Shown: positions 1 through 10,732 of the stretch, one piece after another
How the letters are laid out: each line of letters opens with the position of its first letter
Position numbering within the stretch: the stretch's first letter is position 1
DNA from: Azolla caroliniana
Lineage: Eukaryota; Plantae; Polypodiophyta
Length of the DNA: 10,732 nucleotides
NCBI GenBank assembly: GCA_043228905.1
Contig: JBHGNT010001238.1
Coordinates: 1-10,732 of the forward strand
Reading direction: 5' to 3'
Notes under the pieces: model-generated
The model's input: the letters and a program-made list of their open reading frames with translations, nothing else
The model's database searches: none
What the model was told of the DNA's origin: nothing
Translations under genes and position numbers: made by a program

Positions 1-2106
1 TCCGGGAAATCCTTCACAAAAATGGTAGACTTGCATAACCCAACCCATCTACTATAAAAACAATCAAATTTGTTTCTGCTTTCCTACTATGTATGTCCAT
101 TTGTAGCATTGGAAGGGACTCGGGTTCCACCACCACCACGACCAGTCTTTGTTCCTCATGTTTTATTCCAAGCTCTATTGGTCCCATCGTGGGTCAGGCC
201 CCCATGCTAGGTTACCTTGAATGTCATGTGAAAGGGCTAGGGGTAAGTAGAAAAGCTAGTTCTAGAGTCTAAATTCTTTCTCGTTGCTTGGTTTCTACTC
301 TTTCAGAAGAGTTGGGAGCTAAATTAACCAAAGTTACGCCATATCCCTTAAAAGGTGAGGCATCGGCATGATTAGAGAAGGAAATGTATTGCTTTGTGCA
401 TGCATTAGTGATGATACGATATTTCAAGCATGGGTTTTGAAAGCGCACACACAAAGATGGTGGGGCATTTCAAAGAGATGATAGGAGAATAAGAGTGCTC
501 CCTTTTTTCTCACTTTTGAACTTTGGTCAAGGACAATTGAAGAAATAAGAAACACTTTGGGGATTTTGGAGAAATAAAGAATAAATGTGGTTTATTCTAG
601 AGTTATTTCCCTTTATATTTCGTTACACCCATCAATGGTCAATGGTCGGATAACATATACGCTAGATTAATTTGGGTAGAACATCACTAAAGTGAAGTTG
701 ACACATTTGTGTACATGCATGTATCTATTTGAATAGCTTGACTAATAAATAATTAAGATAATTTATCATGTTCAAGGATGACTTGTTATAATGTTAAATT
801 TTTAGTCATGCAATGCATTAGTTGTTTCATGATCATTAAAAGTGGAATTATGCATTTTTTAATGCATTGCATCATTGTTCATCATCACGCCAACGATCAA
901 GGTTCCTTGAAAGAGACGGTTCTTCTTCGAGGCATATACATCTATAGTATGTTTAGATCATGCATATAGAAAGCTGCACTATTTGTCCTTAAAAATGCAG
1001 AGTGATGTGTAAACCCCTTGGTTGACATTAATTTGAATTAAAGTGATCATTATTTATTAGTATATAAGTATATTATATATTTTTATGAAAACATTGTTTT
1101 GAAAGAAAATGGAAGCATGTGATTGACCATCCAACTAATGAATATATTATTTTGATTCCTAATACCTATTATACAAATTTCCTTTCTGTCAACAGATTGT
1201 GTCACATCATACGCTTATTTTAATTAGTGATGACCACAATCATGCATGAGGGGCACGAACAACATCTTTGACAAACCCATGGAACAACTCAAATTCATGT
1301 ATTGGCCATAATCTTTCACAAGTAGGGCACACCGAACAATCAATACCTAATATATGCTTATATGTCTTAATATTCAAAGGGTATTCTTTTCTTATGGTTA
1401 CTTGGTTTTTTATTTCATGTTATGAGAGCCTATACTTTGACGAAGCATAGATACATATATCCATAGGGAACTATAAAGCAAGGAAGCACACTTTTGAAAT
1501 TCTAATCCATACAAGCATACTTCAATTAGGTTCCCCCATTTCTAAGGCCACTTTTAAAAAAAGACAAGAAAAATAAACACCAAAATAATACTTGTGCATT
1601 TTTCTCTATTTCAATGCCATTTGAAGAATTTCCTATTTTTTGTGGATGGTCGAGAGAAGGATTGATTATGATGTTATTATGATTGGTATTGAAATTGATA
1701 TATTGCCTAATTAGGATGAAGATTGAGATTAAGATATTGCTTTTGATTAGTTTAGGCTTGTCATATAATTTTGAACTTGTTATATGAAAGATGTTTTTTC
1801 TTGAACTAAAGTTGACAAAACCTCTTCATCTCTTATACACCTTTAATGTGTTTGTGCAATTTTGAGATTTTAATTTATGCCCAACTATAGTCACCTCCTA
1901 GAGTCCCTATCCAATTATGACCTCATAGTAGGCTAGATGTTTTTAATAGCTCATAACAAATTTTGCATAAGAAATTCTCTGTATCTATGTCTCTATCTTC
2001 TTCTTCATTTTTGTAAATTTAATTTTGTATCAAAACAAGATGACGATACAAAACCTTGAAGCAATGTGACAAGCCTCTTAGGTGTTGTATTACTAGATGC
2101 CATTAA

Positions 2107-2425
2107 TGTTGGAGTCTGAGACCGTCAGTGCGGAAACAAGAACACCATCTATGCTTAGAAGATCACCAGCTCGCATGGTAGAGCAAGATCAAGGACACAA
2201 AGTGAGAGAGTCAGAGAGAAACAGAGAGGCACACAATATGTAACTATATTATTCAAACTCAAAGTTGCAACAAATGGAGGCAACAACCTTATAAGCTAGG
2301 TTACAAAGTCACTTATATACTAATTGAGCTGGGCAATTGCCCTTTGACATATTTAAAAAATTGTCCTAAATCTAGTTTGTCCAAGGGACAGTGTGAATGC
2401 GACCATTAGAAACCCGTATTCAACA
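2107..2425 (-). mobile_element. Solo LTR (319 bp, probably Ty1/copia-like) with 5-bp target site duplication
   Basis: Starts TGTTG, ends CAACA, flanked by ATTAA at 2102-2106 and 2426-2430. Minus strand shows TATA-like TATAAG/TATATAAG followed by a CT-rich U5-like tract. Orientation and superfamily are inferred. Confidence 0.8.
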
Positions 2426-2430
2426 ATTAA

Positions 2431-3450
2431 CCTAACTCTTCGTGGGACAAGGTCCCCATACAACATAATTAACATTGTTGTGAAAACTACCAAATCAACT
2501 TTCCTTTGAGCCTACGTATTTGTTGTGGTATCCCTTATAATCCATCAAACAATAACCCCTTTCTCATGCTCCAATTATACCACAATCCCCAATACCCTAA
2601 GATAATCAAACACCACTTGATATGATAGGGTGGGTATAGCTCTAACACCATCTTAACCCTTTTAAAAGGTGACAAAACACTTCCAGATTATGATGCCCAA
2701 ATTTGTGAATAATACCCAAATGGCTTTAATAATTGGGCAAGTAATGAACATGTTTCTATCATCTTCTTCAATCATGGTACAATAAAAACATGTACCATTC
2801 GAAACATGTCATTTCAAAGCCATTGCCAAACGTAACTAATTGATCACCATAAGTAAAGAAACACTTTTGCATGAAATGGACGATGAGAATGCCATCTTGC
2901 ATCTAAAACTCAACACCTCCATTTTACACATTGGGTAATGTACCATGTATCCAAAACCTTCTTCGCCAACCAAGCTCTATCTTCAATCAACTCAAGGTAT
3001 ATATACATCATTAGTGTGCAACATAAATATTGATTTTTAACTACTAAATGACCAATATTTCCATGGTTCCTCGACCATCAACTTTGGAATTAGGGAATCT
3101 AGAATAGCTAATTGCTTACATGAATTTAAAAGAGCATCTTCCACACTACCACACCAACCATTGCCACTTGATTGAACTCTTACTTGAGATTTTCTTTCCA
3201 TCCCAATTAAATATTCTTAAGGTTGGTATCACCTCGGTTGCCAAGGAATAACTAACTTTTTTGCATTTAGGAGGGTTCCGATTGAACAACTTCGAACATT
3301 GCCTCCAAGAGAGCAGTAATTGTTAAACCATAATAGGTTCTGAACATTTAAATGCCCAAGTACTATTAACAACATGCCTCAATGAGATGTACAAATCCAT
3401 CCATGAATAGATATTTTGGAATCCTTGTACAATCTTAATTTAAGACATCT
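2431..3450 (-). mobile_element. Decayed LINE (L1-like) ORF2 3' remnant including zf-RVT region; upstream limit uncertain, probably continues to ~2040 beyond the LTR
   Basis: Minus-strand translation ALK*HVSNGTCFYCTMIEEDDRNMFITCPIIKAIW (~2820-2716; CxxC...E...F..C....W zinc-finger pattern), VFDYLR/YWGLWYNWSMRKGLLFDG (~2613-2541; W.IW..RN..IF-type motif) and RLKGKLIW*...LSHEEL. Contains stops and frameshifts. Confidence 0.75.
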
Positions 3451-3968
3451 TTATATTTGTGGCACCCATTTACTTTATCTTCCACTTGCACAACCGATCA
3501 ATTTGATCGCAATCATAGGTGAAGTATTGTATGGTTGATGGCATGCTTCATTCTAATGTTGACAAGACAATGAGTGATGGTAAATGCATGTCTTCAACTC
3601 AAGGAAAGGGGGCTGGATAGAGAACAAAGAGTATTTATAGTAATGTATGTGATAAACTCAAGGACAGATGGGAAGATCGCCAAAAAACCATAGATATGTC
3701 ATGATTAATTCTACAATTTTGTTGCTTCCTCAATCTGATCACACGACCTCTTATGATAAAACTCTGTAGTGAAGGCGGCTAGCTAATATATCTATTGAAA
3801 TTTCAAAATAGAAAACTTTTATGAGACCCTCATTACACTACAACAGGATTGAGCCGTATTGAATCATTTTGGCCAGATGCAATACATCACTGAAGTGTAT
3901 TCTGTTATACACTCAAAACTTATGAATGAACTTTTTACTCTTAACGAAACCATGCTGTGTGAGAGAGA

Positions 3969-9050
<5,082 letters not shown>

Positions 9051-9135
9051 GGCTACAGATCTTTCTTCTGTCTTCTTCGATCGTCTTGGTGCTTCTTATC
9101 TGCTTTTTTCTCCTTTATGAGTTCTTCTTCTACTC

Positions 9136-9204
9136 CTGTTTCTGTTTCTGCTTCTGCTTCTGCTTCTGCGTCTGCTTCTGCGAGTCGCGACGTCGTCGTC
9201 GTCG
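9136..9204. repeat. Compound microsatellite in probable 5' UTR: ~8x CTGYTT hexamer (GCAGAA on mRNA), then (CGT)4
   Basis: CTGTTT x2, CTGCTT x3, CTGCGT, CTGCTT, CTGCG (9136-9182); CGTCGTCGTCGTCG (9191-9204). Confidence 0.9.
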
Positions 9205-9312
9205 GGAGGAGAAAAGAAGAACAGTAGGCCACACAGAAGAAAGGAAGGAGTACTAATTTCACAGAAGGGGCACTTTCGTAAATATCCAAAATTATGGGGG
9301 CAGATATATAAA
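9204..9312 (-). promoter_or_regulatory. Putative SRP54 core promoter: TATA-like TTTATATAT (9312-9304) followed by pyrimidine (Y) patches
   Basis: Minus strand reads CTTTATATATCTG, then CTCCTTCCTTTCTTCTG (~9250-9234) and TTCTTCTTTTCTCCTCCC (~9221-9204). Position fits a ~200-nt 5' UTR. TSS not determined. Confidence 0.4.
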
Positions 9313-9410
9313 GTAAATAAAACGCAGCTTTTGTGGCCACCCTCGGTTACTTACGTTCTAGGATCAGGTCACAAAAAGCTCCTCTTGCGTTTTAACTGCC
9401 CAGCCCTCCA

Positions 9411-9603
9411 TGAAACAATTGATCTATTAGCTCACGGTGAAGCTGATGACGATTATATAATGTTTCCAATCTGTGGGGCACCAAGCCATGAATCTGCAAC
9501 GGTGAAACTATTGATCTATTAGCTCCAAGTGAAGCTGATGTCGATTATATAGTATTTTCAATCTATGGTGGACCAAGCCATGAATCTACAACAATGAAAC
9601 AAT
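9411..9603. repeat. 92-bp tandem duplication (2 copies plus a 9-bp start of a third) upstream of SRP54
   Basis: Units start TGAAAC at 9411, 9503 and 9595. My hand alignment gives 14 mismatches in 92 bp (~85% identity), no indels. Confidence 0.93.
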
Positions 9604-9799
9604 CATATTCTAACTTGACTGACGCCATTGCAACGGACAATATCTCTCGCTCTCTCTTTTCTCATAAATAATGGCATTCATTACGAAAGAAAAGAAAACA
9701 TCACCATGACTAATTTACTACAAAGTATAGAACCCCTCTAGGGAGCTAAATACTATTACGACCACAAACTCAATGACACCCTACACACTAATTCAAATG

Positions 9800-10555
9800 G
9801 TGAATATGATGATACGTGACCTTGCAAGGTTCTCTCTCTTCATGGTCGAGATTTGGTGACTTCTATGGCACCATCAATTGCTACAAAGGACATCCTTTTA
9901 ACTTTATAATATCTTTTCCCACCCCAACTTGCAAATCAAAAGTGAAGGCATTCCACATATTCCAATTGAACCATAGCCCCCAATACCTCAAGAACTCAAA
10001 AATAATTTGGAAATGAGGCATCAATTCATTATTCTCCTCTCAATTGAAGCAAGGTAGGCTTCCTCCAATTAGAGACATCCACATTAAATTGATACACCTC
10101 CAAACCATGTTCACCATCGGGCATGAAAGAAATTAACGTCTACTATGTTCCAATTCCACCGAACAAAAGAAATACATTCCCCTAGCAATGTTTCTTTTTT
10201 TTAATGCATTCCCCGATGGTAAAGCTCCAACCATAACTCTCTAAATGAATATCGTACAACATAGCATGAATCAATAACACCAACTTGCCTTGATCACATG
10301 AAACCAATTCTTCCTCTATAGCCATATTGTGTAACTTAACAAGAATGGGATGTGTCGCAATAGTGAATAGTAAAGGATTGGTTGGGCATCCTTGTCTAAC
10401 TGAGCTCCAACTAGAAACAGGTTGTGTTACTCCTCCATTAAACATCACATGTGAAACTGAACCCTCCCCTAATGCGTATATCGACTTAGACATACAATCA
10501 CTAAACCCATATGAGACATCAATTGATTTATAAATGAACAATCCACATTATCATT
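9800..10555 (-). mobile_element. Decayed, internally deleted LINE (L1-like) ORF2 remnant: partial reverse transcriptase plus zf-RVT
   Basis: DNVDCSFINQLMSHMG/F...VMFNG...SVRQGCPTNPLLF (non-LTR RT motifs). Then IFI*RVMVGALPSGNALKKRNIARGMYFFCSVELEHSRR*FLSCPMVNMVW (zf-RVT) and FEFLRYWGLWFNWNMWNAFTF. Contains stops and frameshifts. Confidence 0.88.
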
Positions 10556-10732
10556 CACTCTATCTCTCTCTATCTCGAGCATGGTGTCTATATTAAACTT
10601 GCATTACAATACCCAAAATAAAAAATGATATCTTAAACATAACATCAAAATAAAAGCCTTTGCATAGGTTAATAAACATATATTTTAGTTGTCGCCTCAT
10701 TTAGAGCATTTAGGTGTTCCTTTGATTTTTTG

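Noticed and set aside
1-1200. Short ORFs and AT-rich tract at the window start
   Set aside because: I found no recognisable protein motifs, termini or splice-consistent exons; it is probably intergenic or heavily decayed repeat DNA.
2083-2465. 8-bp inverted ends TGTTGTAT...ATACAACA as a larger LTR or TIR element
   Set aside because: The flanks (TTAGG vs TAATT) give no TSD, and the right end lies inside the LINE reading frame. The inner 2107-2425 boundaries have a perfect TSD.
9420-9545. Box C/D snoRNA in the 92-bp repeat (TGATGA, CTGA, and TATTAGCTC resembling 18S rRNA antisense)
   Set aside because: The complementarity is only 9 nt and not positioned against a D/D' box. The boxes arise from the repeat itself, box C is lost in copy 2, and there is no terminal stem.

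Overview
This is eukaryotic (land-plant-like) nuclear DNA, AT-rich, containing one complete intron-containing gene on the minus strand: cytosolic signal recognition particle 54 kDa subunit (SRP54). I reconstructed 9 coding exons by hand (9050-8820, 7050-6951, 6874-6721, 6586-6436, 6354-6206, 5264-5164, 5075-4918, 4485-4371, 4291-3969). They total 1482 nt, i.e. 493 aa plus stop, and all phases are consistent. Intron 2 needs a non-canonical GC-AG donor inside the GTPase P-loop. Decayed L1-type LINE ORF2 remnants flank the gene on both sides in the same orientation, and the downstream one carries a 319-bp solo LTR with a perfect 5-bp TSD. The introns and promoter contain several local tandem duplications. 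I see no evidence of a new multi-gene system. The most unusual signals are RNA-level: the GC-AG intron, an inverted repeat pairing the two ends of intron 7, a higher-order repeat in intron 5 and a bipartite motif cluster at the start of intron 1.
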